Below the pieces are notes generated by a model. The model worked only from the letters and a program-made list of their open reading frames with translations. It ran no database searches and was not told the origin of the DNA. From assembly GCA_050633305.1 (NCBI GenBank), contig JBOEGF010000007.1, forward strand, positions 1 through 64,000: a DNA stretch of 64,000 nucleotides, in the 5' to 3' direction. Each line of letters begins with the position of its first letter. Position 1 is the stretch's first letter. The stretch is from Nannocystales bacterium. Its GTDB lineage: Bacteria > Myxococcota_A > Polyangia > Nannocystales > Nannocystaceae. The position numbers and the translations under genes were made by a program. Below are positions 26,876 to 37,394 of this stretch, one piece after another.

Positions 26876-29251
26876 ATGACCAACCTCAAATCGCTCCCCA
26901 CGTCGTTCGCCCTGCTTCCCCTGCGCAGCGGCGTGCTCTTTCCGAGCACGACGATGAGCCTCCCCGTGGGCCGTTCTCGGTCCGTCAAACTGATCGAGGA
27001 TGTGTCTGTGGGGGACATCATTGGTGTCGCCATTCAGCGTGACCCCAAGACCGACGAACCCGTCCAAGCCGACTTGCACCCTGTCGGCACACTGGCACGC
27101 GTCCGCAAGATTCACCAAGCTCGCGACGGACAGACCTACCGGGTCACGCTGGAGGGGGTCGCCCGCTTCGAACTCGACGAGCTGGAACAGAGCACACCGT
27201 ACTGGCGCGCGGCCGGTCGAGCCGTGGAAGAGACCGACGCATTCTCGGCGGAGTCGCAGCTTCTCTTCGAAGAGCTTCGGCAGGCGTTGCGCCCGATGGC
27301 TCGTGGTGGAAACGACACGCTCAAGGAAATCTTGGCCGAAGCGGAGGAGCCCGGTGTGTTCGCGGACCGCATCGCTTCGGGACTCGACGTCGATCGAGGT
27401 CGCGAGATCGAGGTGTTGTTGACGCTCGATGTTCCTGCGCGGTTGCGGCTGTGTGCGCAGTTGTTGTCCGAGGCCAAGGCGCGCCACGAACTCAAGCAGC
27501 AGATCGGTGAAGAGGTCCGCCGCGAGCTGAGCAAGGACCAGCGAGAGGCGGTGCTTCGTCAGCAGCTTCGCGCGATTCAAAAGGAGTTGGGCGAGGGGAG
27601 AGGCGCCTCGGCCAACGACGAACTCGAGAAGCTCGAGGCGAAGCTCAAGGCTGCCGGTCTGCCAGAGGAAGCTCAGGAGACCGTCGACCGCGAGTTCCGA
27701 AAACTGCAATCCCTCAACCCTGCTGCCCCGGACGCCAACGTCACCCGCACCTACCTCGAGTGGATCGCCGACCTTCCCTGGTCCGAGCGGGCCGAGGTCA
27801 AAGAGGACATCGATGCGGTCGCGGCCAAACTCGACGAGGACCACTTCGGTCTCGACAAGGTGAAGGAACGCATCCTCCAGCACCTCGCGGTTCTGCAGCT
27901 CACGGGCAACCCCAGGGGCAACATCATGTGCCTGGTGGGACCGCCGGGGGTAGGGAAGACGTCGCTGGGACAGTCGATTGCCGATGCAACCGGTCGTCCG
28001 TTCATCCGTGTCGCTCTGGGCGGTGTCCGGGACGAAGCTGAGATTCGCGGCCACCGCCGCACCTACGTCGGCGCCCTTCCTGGCCGGTTGGTCTCGGCGC
28101 TGCGCAAGGTCAAGGTCAAGAACCCTGTCATCATGCTAGACGAGGTCGACAAGCTCGGCCAAGGCTGGATGGGTTCTCCTGAGCACGCGCTGCTCGAGGT
28201 CCTCGACCCCGAACAAAACGGCACCTTCACCGATCACTACCTCGAAGTGCCCTTCGATCTGAGCGAAGTGCTCTTCATCGCTACGGCCAACAGCCTGGAG
28301 CCGCTCTCGGCACCGTTGCGGGACCGCATGGAGATCGTCTCGCTGGGTGGCTACACCACCGAGGAGAAGAAGGAGATCGCCAAGGCTCACCTGCTGCCCA
28401 AGCAGCTGACCGACCACGCACTGGAGCCGTCGTCGCTGGAGTTGTCTGACGACATGCTGAACTTGGTCATTCGCGACTACACCCGCGAAGCTGGCGTCCG
28501 CCAACTCAACCGCGAGATCACGCGGCTGTGTCGAGCGCTCGCTCTCGAGTCGGTCCGCTCCAGTGGCACGAAGACGCCCTCGGTCGCACTCGACGAGACC
28601 CTGATTCGAAAACACCTCGGAAAAGCGCGGTTCTTCAACGACACAGCCGAGCGAACGGCGATCCCTGGGGTTGCGACGGGCATGGCGTACACATCCGTGG
28701 GTGGAGACATCCTCTTCATCGAGACCAGCAAAATGAAGGGGAAAGGCGGGGTTCAGATCACCGGACAGCTTGGTGACGTGATGACCGAGTCCGCCAAAGC
28801 TGCCCTGAGCTACGTGCGTAGCAACGCGGAGCTCCTTGGGGTCGACCCGGACGAGATCGCCGAGCACGACATCCACATCCACGTGCCCGCCGGAGGAACA
28901 CCGAAGGACGGTCCCAGCGCGGGGGTGACGATGTTCACCGCGCTCACTTCACTGTTCACCGGGCGCCGGGTCCGGCCGGACACCGCCATGACCGGTGAGG
29001 CGTCGCTGCGTGGCAGGGTTCTTCCGGTCGGTGGCATCAAGGAGAAGGTCATCGCCGCACACCGGGCTGGGATTCGGCGCATCATCCTGCCGGCCAAGAA
29101 CGAGCGGGATCTGGATGACCTTCCGGACACGGTGCGGGATGACCTCGAGTTCATCATCGCCCACGACATGACCGATGTGCTGCATGCGGCGCTCGAGCCA
29201 GCGGCGGCGGGGTTGACCCCGGACGACAGCGCCGTCGGAGCATCGGCGTAG
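26876..29251 (+). CDS. lon: ATP-dependent protease La
   Basis: LON N-domain, GPPGVGKTS, RGHRRTYVGALPG, LDEVDK, PKDGPSAG, GGIKEK. Confidence 0.97.
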   Translation: MTNLKSLPTSFALLPLRSGVLFPSTTMSLPVGRSRSVKLIEDVSVGDIIGVAIQRDPKTDEPVQADLHPVGTLARVRKIHQARDGQTYRVTLEGVARFELDELEQSTPYWRAAGRAVEETDAFSAESQLLFEELRQALRPMARGGNDTLKEILAEAEEPGVFADRIASGLDVDRGREIEVLLTLDVPARLRLCAQLLSEAKARHELKQQIGEEVRRELSKDQREAVLRQQLRAIQKELGEGRGASANDELEKLEAKLKAAGLPEEAQETVDREFRKLQSLNPAAPDANVTRTYLEWIADLPWSERAEVKEDIDAVAAKLDEDHFGLDKVKERILQHLAVLQLTGNPRGNIMCLVGPPGVGKTSLGQSIADATGRPFIRVALGGVRDEAEIRGHRRTYVGALPGRLVSALRKVKVKNPVIMLDEVDKLGQGWMGSPEHALLEVLDPEQNGTFTDHYLEVPFDLSEVLFIATANSLEPLSAPLRDRMEIVSLGGYTTEEKKEIAKAHLLPKQLTDHALEPSSLELSDDMLNLVIRDYTREAGVRQLNREITRLCRALALESVRSSGTKTPSVALDETLIRKHLGKARFFNDTAERTAIPGVATGMAYTSVGGDILFIETSKMKGKGGVQITGQLGDVMTESAKAALSYVRSNAELLGVDPDEIAEHDIHIHVPAGGTPKDGPSAGVTMFTALTSLFTGRRVRPDTAMTGEASLRGRVLPVGGIKEKVIAAHRAGIRRIILPAKNERDLDDLPDTVRDDLEFIIAHDMTDVLHAALEPAAAGLTPDDSAVGASA

Positions 29252-29265
29252 GCTTCGGCCTCCCG

Positions 29266-29310
29266 ACGAAGAAAGGACCGCCTGGGCAGTGCCCGGCGGT
29301 CCTTCTTCGT
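29266..29310. terminator. Bidirectional terminator-like hairpin between convergent genes
   Basis: ACGAAGAAAGGACCGCC-T-GGGCA-G-TGCCC-GGCGGTCCTTCTTCGT inverted repeat. Confidence 0.8.
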
Positions 29311-29324
29311 TCCGATTCAGCGGT

Positions 29325-31418
29325 TCAGGCGGAGGCGGGCACGGCGGCTGCGTATCCCTTGACGCCGGCCATCGAAGCGCCGACGAAGTCTGCTTCGTCC
29401 GTCACCGCCGCGCTGAGGTCCGCGTTGTCGAGCTTCGCTTCTCGGAAGTCCGCATCGGTGAGGTTTGACCCCGAGAGCTTGCTCGAACTCAAGTTGGCCC
29501 GCCACAGGTCGGCGCCTTCGAGGGATGCTCCCTCCAGCGAGGCGTCGGAGAGGTTGGCTTCCATGAGGTCGGCGCCCGAGAAGTCCACGCCCTCGGCCTT
29601 GGCCGCTTGCAGGGTCGCGCCCCGGAGATCGGCCCGGCGCAGGCACGCGCCGCTGAGGGTACTGGCCCGGGCAAGGATATCGGTCTGACGCAGTGACAGG
29701 CCACTGAGGTTGGCCCGGGCCAACTCGGCACCATCGAAGGCGGCGTCGGTCAGGTCCACCGCGTCCCGAAGGTCGGCGCCGATGAGTTTCGCGGTTTTGA
29801 AGCTCGCCCCCATCATGTGCGCGGCCGAGAGGTTCGCGCGCTCGAGATTGGCACCGTCGAACACGACCTGCTCGATTCGCGCCCGCGAGAGGTCGGCATC
29901 CACGAAGATCGCGCCGCGCATGTCCGCGGACGTGAGCGTGGCGCCGGCCAGGTTGCACCGACTGAAGTTCACCTTTCGCAGGGTCGCGGCAGGAAGGTCG
30001 AGGACGTGCCGGAGGTCGACCCCGGTGAGATTGGCGCCTTCGAGGTTGGCCCCGTGCAGGTTGGCGCCCATCAGGCGGGCGCCGGAGAGGTCCGCATCCC
30101 GAAGGTCTGCACCCTGCAGGTCTGCGTTCTCCAGGTTCGCGCCGGCGAGATGCGCCCCTCGCATGGAGACCCCCTGAAGGTCCGAGCCCTCGAGCGCGAC
30201 GCTGTCGAGCCGGGCGCTTTGCAGGTTGGCGCTCTTGAGGTTCAGCGCCATCCGGATGCGAGCGCCCTCCAGGTTCGCCCCCTCCAGGTTTGCGCGGTAC
30301 AGATTGGTTCGCCACAGATCTGCACCCTTGAAGTTCGCCTGGGACAATCGGGCACGGGACAGGTTGGCCCCCCCGAGTTCGGCGCCTTCGAACGACGCTC
30401 CGCCCGCGATGATTCGGGTGAGGTCGGCGTCGCGGAGGACCGCGCCCTTGAACTTGGCCATTTTGGCCTTGGCACGGAGCAGACTTGTCCCCTCGAGGGC
30501 GGACTCGGAGAAGTCCGCCTTGTCGAGGCAAGCGCCGCGCAGCGACGCGCCGATGAACTTGGCGCCTTTGCACACCGACTCCGTCATCTCCGCGTCGGTC
30601 AGGTCGGCGTTTTCAAAGTTCGCGCCGTCGCAGCTTGCCCGCTCCAGGGAAGCCTCGCGGAACTTGGTCCCGCGTGCCTGAAGGTTGGGCATCAAGGCGC
30701 CGTCGAACTTGGAACGGGTGAAGTTGGCGCCCGCGACCGTGGCTCGGGTGAGGTCAGCCTCGGTGAATTTCGCGTCCCCACCGTGTGCGTCATCGAGCAC
30801 GGCACCGCTGAGGTTCGCACCTCCGAGGTCTGCCTTGGACAGGTTGCAGCTCCGCGCTTCGAGGTTGGCGAGTTCGGCCGAGCGGAGGTCGAGTCCCTGG
30901 AGATCGGCGCCGTGCAGCCGAGCGCTCGAGAGGCCCCGTGCGGCACCGAGGTCTGTCTGGCTGAGGTTCGCGCGCCACAGGTCGGCTCCACCGAGGTTCG
31001 CACCCGAGAGGCTCGTCGCCTGGAGGTTGGCGTAGCGGAGCGTGCACCGCTCGAGGTCAGCGCCGGTGAGGTCAGCGCCGGAGAGATCCGCTTGCTGGGC
31101 GTTGGCACCTTTGAAGTTGGCGCCGGAAAGCCGCGCCGTCGTGAGCCGTGCACCGCGTAGGGATGCGCCGGCGAAAGACATCCCGGTGAGATTCGCATCG
31201 GAGAGGTCCGCGCCGTCGAGGGTCGAACGCTCGGCGAGCAGGGCGGGGGCCGACATCATCGCGCGGGCGTTGGCGGCCGGCGTGGGGGTGGGTTTTGGGG
31301 CCACAGCCACCGGCGGGACCGTCGCGGCCGGGGCTGCCTTCGGAGCCGCGGCAGGGGGGGGCGTGGGTCGTTTGCGAGCGGAGGATTTGGCGGAGGATTT
31401 CGATTTCGCAGTGGTCAC
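29325..31418 (-). CDS. Very long pentapeptide-repeat protein
   Basis: About 620 aa of A(D/N)Lxx repeats after a Lys/Ser/Pro/Ala-rich N-terminal tail. Confidence 0.95.
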   Translation of the reverse strand: MTTAKSKSSAKSSARKRPTPPPAAAPKAAPAATVPPVAVAPKPTPTPAANARAMMSAPALLAERSTLDGADLSDANLTGMSFAGASLRGARLTTARLSGANFKGANAQQADLSGADLTGADLERCTLRYANLQATSLSGANLGGADLWRANLSQTDLGAARGLSSARLHGADLQGLDLRSAELANLEARSCNLSKADLGGANLSGAVLDDAHGGDAKFTEADLTRATVAGANFTRSKFDGALMPNLQARGTKFREASLERASCDGANFENADLTDAEMTESVCKGAKFIGASLRGACLDKADFSESALEGTSLLRAKAKMAKFKGAVLRDADLTRIIAGGASFEGAELGGANLSRARLSQANFKGADLWRTNLYRANLEGANLEGARIRMALNLKSANLQSARLDSVALEGSDLQGVSMRGAHLAGANLENADLQGADLRDADLSGARLMGANLHGANLEGANLTGVDLRHVLDLPAATLRKVNFSRCNLAGATLTSADMRGAIFVDADLSRARIEQVVFDGANLERANLSAAHMMGASFKTAKLIGADLRDAVDLTDAAFDGAELARANLSGLSLRQTDILARASTLSGACLRRADLRGATLQAAKAEGVDFSGADLMEANLSDASLEGASLEGADLWRANLSSSKLSGSNLTDADFREAKLDNADLSAAVTDEADFVGASMAGVKGYAAAVPASA

Positions 31419-31672
31419 GGTGGCCTCGGGTTCCCGGCGGTACGAACGAACATTGGCTCTTTTTTATGTAGTTTTCAATACCAATCTTTCCTCGGTTAAA
31501 GAATGAGGGAGCCCCTGATGTGGAGCTGTACGATGTTCAGGCTCGTACGGAGCCGCGACTTCGGTCGGCCTCGCCGTCAACGGAAGAGTAGCTTTGGGTG
31601 TTTTTGGCACCCGGTGCTCGACCGTTCGAATGGTGGTGAGCTGAGGGACGGGGCAAGGTCCCCAAGGACACC

Positions 31673-32533
31673 TCAGGGACGGGACCAGCGTTGGGCGAGG
31701 AACGCCGCCGCGACCATCAGTCCGCCTCCGCCCAGCAGGCGCGGCAGGTCGGTCTGCTCTCCGAACACAAGCACTGACGCAGCGACCGCGAGCGGAATCT
31801 TGAGGTTGTTCATGACGGCCAGAGTGGCCGACGGAGTCGAGACCGCGCCCCGGTTCCAGGCGAAGAATCCGATGCCGCTCGCGACGATGCCGAGATAGAT
31901 CAGAATCCCAAGTTGGGGGGCCGTCAACGCGGCGGCTGCGGACCAACCCTGCAGAGCGGAGGTCGAGAGCGCCGAGACGAGCGTCCCTCCGATGAACAAC
32001 AAGCCGAAGACGTGCCGGTCTTGCACGGTCGAATATCGATGCCGGAAGTCTCGGTAGGCGAGCTGTCCCCACGCGAAGCAGGCGTTCGCCACCTGCATCA
32101 GGAGAACGCCGGCCAGGACGCCCGACCACGAGACACCGCGATACTGAATCACGGCCGCACCGACAACCGCCAGTCCTGCCAGTGCCATCGGAGTCCACGG
32201 GGCTCGCCGGGCACGCAGGGCATCGAGTCCTACGACGTACAGCGGGGTGAAGATCGTCAGCAAGGCGACGTGGTGACCTTCGAGGTACTGGAATGCGTAC
32301 AGATACGTGCTGTAGGCGAGTCCGTACTGGATACCGCCGATGAGCAAGAGTTGCCCGATGTCCTTCGTTTCCAGACCTCGCAGCCGCAGGAACGGGAGGA
32401 AGACGGGGAGGGTGAGGGCGAGTCGAGCGAAGCCGACGAAGGCGGGATGGACACCGCCGAGGTGGCCCTTGATCAAGCCAAACGAGAACGACCAGAGCAG
32501 CGATGCCAGCAAGAGCTGGGCGATGCCCGTCAT
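31673..32533 (-). CDS. EamA/DMT-family transporter
   Basis: LLWSFSFGLIK, about 10 TM helices, WNRGA, MNNLKIPLAV. Confidence 0.9.
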   Translation of the reverse strand: MTGIAQLLLASLLWSFSFGLIKGHLGGVHPAFVGFARLALTLPVFLPFLRLRGLETKDIGQLLLIGGIQYGLAYSTYLYAFQYLEGHHVALLTIFTPLYVVGLDALRARRAPWTPMALAGLAVVGAAVIQYRGVSWSGVLAGVLLMQVANACFAWGQLAYRDFRHRYSTVQDRHVFGLLFIGGTLVSALSTSALQGWSAAAALTAPQLGILIYLGIVASGIGFFAWNRGAVSTPSATLAVMNNLKIPLAVAASVLVFGEQTDLPRLLGGGGLMVAAAFLAQRWSRP

Positions 32534-33297
32534 ACGCGAAGAACCTTCGCAAGCGCGGCTGTGAATGCGGGGGTCGTTCCGCAGCAACCCCCGACGTAGG
32601 CCAGCTCGAACTCGCTCCGACAGCGCTCGATCGCGTCGACCACCTCCGCTTCGCTGGCACCAGAGGCGTCGAAGCCCTCCGCGATTGTCCGGGCGAGGCT
32701 GGGGCGTACCGCGAGGACAGGGTTGTGCGAAGCGAGGTTGTGCAGCGCGGGCAGGAGACCCCCATGCTCGGTGCAACCCACGAACACCACATCGGCCGCC
32801 AGCGGGACCTGCAGTGCGTCCCCGCCGAGGCTCTTTCCGTCTACGCCGCAAGCAAGTGCGACCCATACGGGGAGGCCGAACGGGCGCAGGGCGTCTACGG
32901 CGAGGTGTGCCCCGGCCACGGATGTTTGGGTCTCAGCAAACAATGCCGCCGCGCCTCCGGCCTTCAGGGCCTGTCCAAGGGCTGTGTAGTGCTCGCGTTG
33001 CTCGTCGAGACTGAGCGACGGATCCGCCGGGCCCAGGCAACCAACACACGGGAGCTCGGGCGCGGCATGTCGCGCCAGCTCGACTGCAGTGGTGGCCAGT
33101 GCAGCGTGTTGGGCATCCAGACCGAAACTCGCGCTCACGAGAAGTTCGGCCCCAGCCGCGGCATAGGCAGCGTGAATGGCAACGACGAGCGCTGGCGAAT
33201 CTTCGATCGCGCGAGCGCCCCACAGCGGGGCGCGGAGTTCAAACCCTCGCTGGGCGAGCTGGGTGCCCATGGCACCGTCGAGGAGCTTGGTCAGCAC
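32530..33297 (-). CDS. Homocysteine S-methyltransferase-family protein
   Basis: LLDGAMGTQL, H.AY..AGA, GCLGP, FAET, VGC, VGGCCGTTP. ATGA overlap with the EamA gene. Confidence 0.88.
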   Translation of the reverse strand: MLTKLLDGAMGTQLAQRGFELRAPLWGARAIEDSPALVVAIHAAYAAAGAELLVSASFGLDAQHAALATTAVELARHAAPELPCVGCLGPADPSLSLDEQREHYTALGQALKAGGAAALFAETQTSVAGAHLAVDALRPFGLPVWVALACGVDGKSLGGDALQVPLAADVVFVGCTEHGGLLPALHNLASHNPVLAVRPSLARTIAEGFDASGASEAEVVDAIERCRSEFELAYVGGCCGTTPAFTAALAKVLRV

Positions 33298-33869
33298 GCG
33301 TCGCAAGAGTCTTGGCAGCAGTCCGGCATCAGGCAGTACGTCGGGTCGCCTTCTTCCGCGATGAGGGGGAAGTTGCGACAACCGTACTGGTCGCGGCTGC
33401 ATTGCGAGTCGGACGTGCACTGCGGCGCGCAGACCTCGAACAGCGGTGCCTGGCCGATGCAGTCAACGCCACCGGCGGGGTCGCACTGAGCGTCGTTGAG
33501 CGAGTACTTGCTTCCCTCGGGCAGCGTGCAGGTCTTGCTGCAGTAGCCGCCGGGAAGCTCGAAGATGACAGCCTCGGTCAGACACACGCCGCCCTCACCC
33601 AGCAACGCAACACACTCGCTGTCTTCGGTGCACGGCGCACCCCAGGTGACTTGCAGGTCGTCCTCGCCGCCACTGCTGCCGTCGGCCATGGTCGTCGGGT
33701 CCGAAGTCGCCGGCTGGTCCGTGGTGGTCGGCGTGTCGCTCGTCGACGCCGCCGTGTTGCTCTCGCTGCTGGCGGTCTCTTCGCCGGCCGAATCATCCTC
33801 GTCCGAGGGGCAGCCCGCGACGAGGGGCAGGGCCAGACAAACCGCGGAGATCCAAGCGAGACTCTTCAT
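33291..33869 (-). CDS. Cys-rich lipoprotein
   Basis: VAGC lipobox, Ser/Thr/Asp linker, GGYCSKTC and many other cysteines. Confidence 0.8.
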   Translation of the reverse strand: MKSLAWISAVCLALPLVAGCPSDEDDSAGEETASSESNTAASTSDTPTTTDQPATSDPTTMADGSSGGEDDLQVTWGAPCTEDSECVALLGEGGVCLTEAVIFELPGGYCSKTCTLPEGSKYSLNDAQCDPAGGVDCIGQAPLFEVCAPQCTSDSQCSRDQYGCRNFPLIAEEGDPTYCLMPDCCQDSCDAC

Positions 33870-33930
33870 TTGCGAAACGGTAGGCGCGGCGCTCGATCGG
33901 GTCAAGCGCTCCACGCCTCCTCGCGGCGTT

Positions 33931-35142
<1,212 letters not shown>

Positions 35143-35198
35143 GATGATCGGGTATCACGCCCGAACCCTCGCTTCACGGATGACAACTCACGTCCGGC

Positions 35199-37034
35199 TC
35201 ACATGCGCTTGGGCGAAGGGATGCCCAGTTGCCACAGGCCCCACCGCAACGCTTCGTTGGCCGCGGTGACCAGCAGCAGGCGGCCTTGTAAACGCGCGCC
35301 ATCTTGGTCGATCACCTTGCACTGTTTGCTGGTGGAGAACCGGTTCACGGCTTTGGCAAGGCTGTGCAGGTAGGTACACAACAGCGAAGGCTTGAGGTGG
35401 CTCGCGGCATTGAAGACCGCGAGCCGAAGGCCGTCGAGTGCGCCGATCAGGTCTCGTTCCTCGGACTGAACGAGTTCGGCCCCCGCGGCACGAAGCGCGG
35501 CCGGGTCGTCCAGGATCGCCTCGTCGAGGTGCTTGCCTCCGTCGTTCGCCTTGCGAAGGATCGAGCCAAGTCGAGCCGCGGAATACTGAATGTACGGCCC
35601 CGTGTTGCCCTCGAGGTTCATCCACGCTTCGAGGTCGAAGACGATCTTCTGGTTCACGTCGCGGTTGAGCATCCCGTACTTGATGGCGCCCAACGCCAGG
35701 GCATGCGCGGTCTCATCGATCTCCTCGTCGCTCCACTCGCCGCGGTACTTGTCGAGATACGCCTCCTGGAGGTGACCCAACATGCGCTCTCGTAGCGCGC
35801 GGAACAAGATGACGGTGCCTTTGCGGGTCGACATGGCGCCTTCGGGGAGCTCGACCATCTCGTATGGCACGTGATGGCACTTGTCGGCCTGCTCGAAGCC
35901 CATCTTCTTGAGGGTCAAGAAGACGTGCTTGAAGTGGTCGCTCTGCCGCATGTCGACGACGTAGATCGAGCGGTCGATCGCAAAGTCCTTGAACTTCAGG
36001 TTGGCCAGCGCCAGGTCTTTGGTCGAGTACAGGCTCGTGCCGTCGCCCTTGCGGAGCATGAAGAACGGCATGTGCTTGATCTCCTCGTTGAAGATGCCAA
36101 CCGCGCCTTCACTCTCCACGAACACGCCCTTGTCCAGGTAGTCCGCGACGAGCTTGAGCCCAGGCTCATCGACCTCGCTCTCGTAGAAGACGCGGTCGAA
36201 GACGACCTTGGACCAATCGTAGATCTCGTCGAACTCTTCGAGCGACCACTGCCGAGTCTTCTCCCACACCGCGATCAGTTCGGGATCGCGGGACTCGAGC
36301 TTGAGCAGGATGTCGGTGGTGCGAGCCTTGGCAGCATCGAGCTTGGCCTGCGCGTCGGAGTCGCCGGCTTTTGCAGCGGCCTCCCAATCCACGAGTTGGT
36401 TGTTGGCTTTGGCGTACAGCGAGCCGAGCCACTCGCCCTTGGCCTCAGCGGGCGGCTGCTGCTCGTGCTCGGTCAGCACGTCGAGGTACCACCACAGGCA
36501 CTTCGCGATGTGGGCTCCTACATCGCCCAGATAGTTTGCCGCGACGACTTCGTGGCCGTGCGCGCGCAGCAACCGGACGAGCGCGTCCCCCAAGGACACG
36601 TTACGCATGTGCCCCACGTGGAACGCCTTGTGGGTGTTGGGCTGGCTGTACTCCACCATCACCTTCTCATCCCGCGTGACGACCGGCTCGCCCAGACCAC
36701 GGGCAAGCGTCGGCAGAACCGCCGAGGCCATGGCGGCAGGATCCAAAGTGAGGTTGAGGAACGGCCCCGCGGCGACGGCCTGCGCGATGATGCCGTCGGT
36801 GGGGAGCACCCCCGCGAGCTCGGCTGCGATCTTGGGCGGCGGAGCGCCGTCGTACGCAGGTCGGAGCCGGAAACAACCGAACGCGAGGTCGCCCATTTTC
36901 TTGGCGCGAGGGGGCGCGAGCATGCCTGCGACGTCATCGAGGCTCAGGCCCGCTTCGCTCGGGAGTACGGGGTGGAGCACGGCGGCGACGGCCTGCGCGA
37001 GGGCGGAGGTGGACCGGCTGTGAGCTTCAGGCAT
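35199..37034 (-). CDS. argS: Arginine--tRNA ligase
   Basis: VEYSQPNTHKAFHVGHMRN, NYLGDVG, MSTRKG, GNTGPYIQY; C-terminal RM. Confidence 0.96.
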   Translation of the reverse strand: MPEAHSRSTSALAQAVAAVLHPVLPSEAGLSLDDVAGMLAPPRAKKMGDLAFGCFRLRPAYDGAPPPKIAAELAGVLPTDGIIAQAVAAGPFLNLTLDPAAMASAVLPTLARGLGEPVVTRDEKVMVEYSQPNTHKAFHVGHMRNVSLGDALVRLLRAHGHEVVAANYLGDVGAHIAKCLWWYLDVLTEHEQQPPAEAKGEWLGSLYAKANNQLVDWEAAAKAGDSDAQAKLDAAKARTTDILLKLESRDPELIAVWEKTRQWSLEEFDEIYDWSKVVFDRVFYESEVDEPGLKLVADYLDKGVFVESEGAVGIFNEEIKHMPFFMLRKGDGTSLYSTKDLALANLKFKDFAIDRSIYVVDMRQSDHFKHVFLTLKKMGFEQADKCHHVPYEMVELPEGAMSTRKGTVILFRALRERMLGHLQEAYLDKYRGEWSDEEIDETAHALALGAIKYGMLNRDVNQKIVFDLEAWMNLEGNTGPYIQYSAARLGSILRKANDGGKHLDEAILDDPAALRAAGAELVQSEERDLIGALDGLRLAVFNAASHLKPSLLCTYLHSLAKAVNRFSTSKQCKVIDQDGARLQGRLLLVTAANEALRWGLWQLGIPSPKRM

Positions 37035-37078
37035 GAGCGGCCGCCGAGGGTATCAGCCTGTGCTACAACGATCTTGCG

Positions 37079-37213
37079 ATGTTGCAGGTGTGGGGAATCG
37101 TGTCGTTCGTGCTGCTCTGGCTGTTCATCGGCGGATCCGCGCTGGCGATGGCGGTGGCGATTCGCCGCCTGGAGCGAGGCGTCGCCGAACAGAAGGCGCG
37201 TCAGGGCCTCTAG
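37079..37213 (+). CDS. Small single-TM membrane protein (44 aa), not in the ORF track
   Basis: MLQVWGIVSFVLLWLFIGGSALAMAVAIRRLERGVAEQKARQGL*: hydrophobic helix plus basic tail, G/C-ending codons, divergent from argS. Confidence 0.6.
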   Translation: MLQVWGIVSFVLLWLFIGGSALAMAVAIRRLERGVAEQKARQGL

Positions 37214-37394
37214 CAGCCTGTGGTGCGCAAGACGCGACCCGGGGCCCGGCGGCACGCCTGGACGGTGGGCGCGTCGACGCGCCGAAGTGTGGTGAGCCGC
37301 AGGCAGTGTTGTTTCCATACAACGGTCGGTTGGCCTCCGAGCGACGCAACCGTCTGAAATCCCGATCGGAACGGCTCGTGCACTTCTCTGGGCC

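Noticed and set aside
29325..31250. 15-bp periodic DNA repeat as a non-coding array
   Set aside because: Fully explained by the pentapeptide-repeat coding sequence.
31500..31672. Riboswitch upstream of the pentapeptide gene or downstream of the methyltransferase-EamA genes
   Set aside because: Only small hairpins; no SAM, cobalamin or other aptamer consensus recognised. An Rfam/Infernal scan would settle it.
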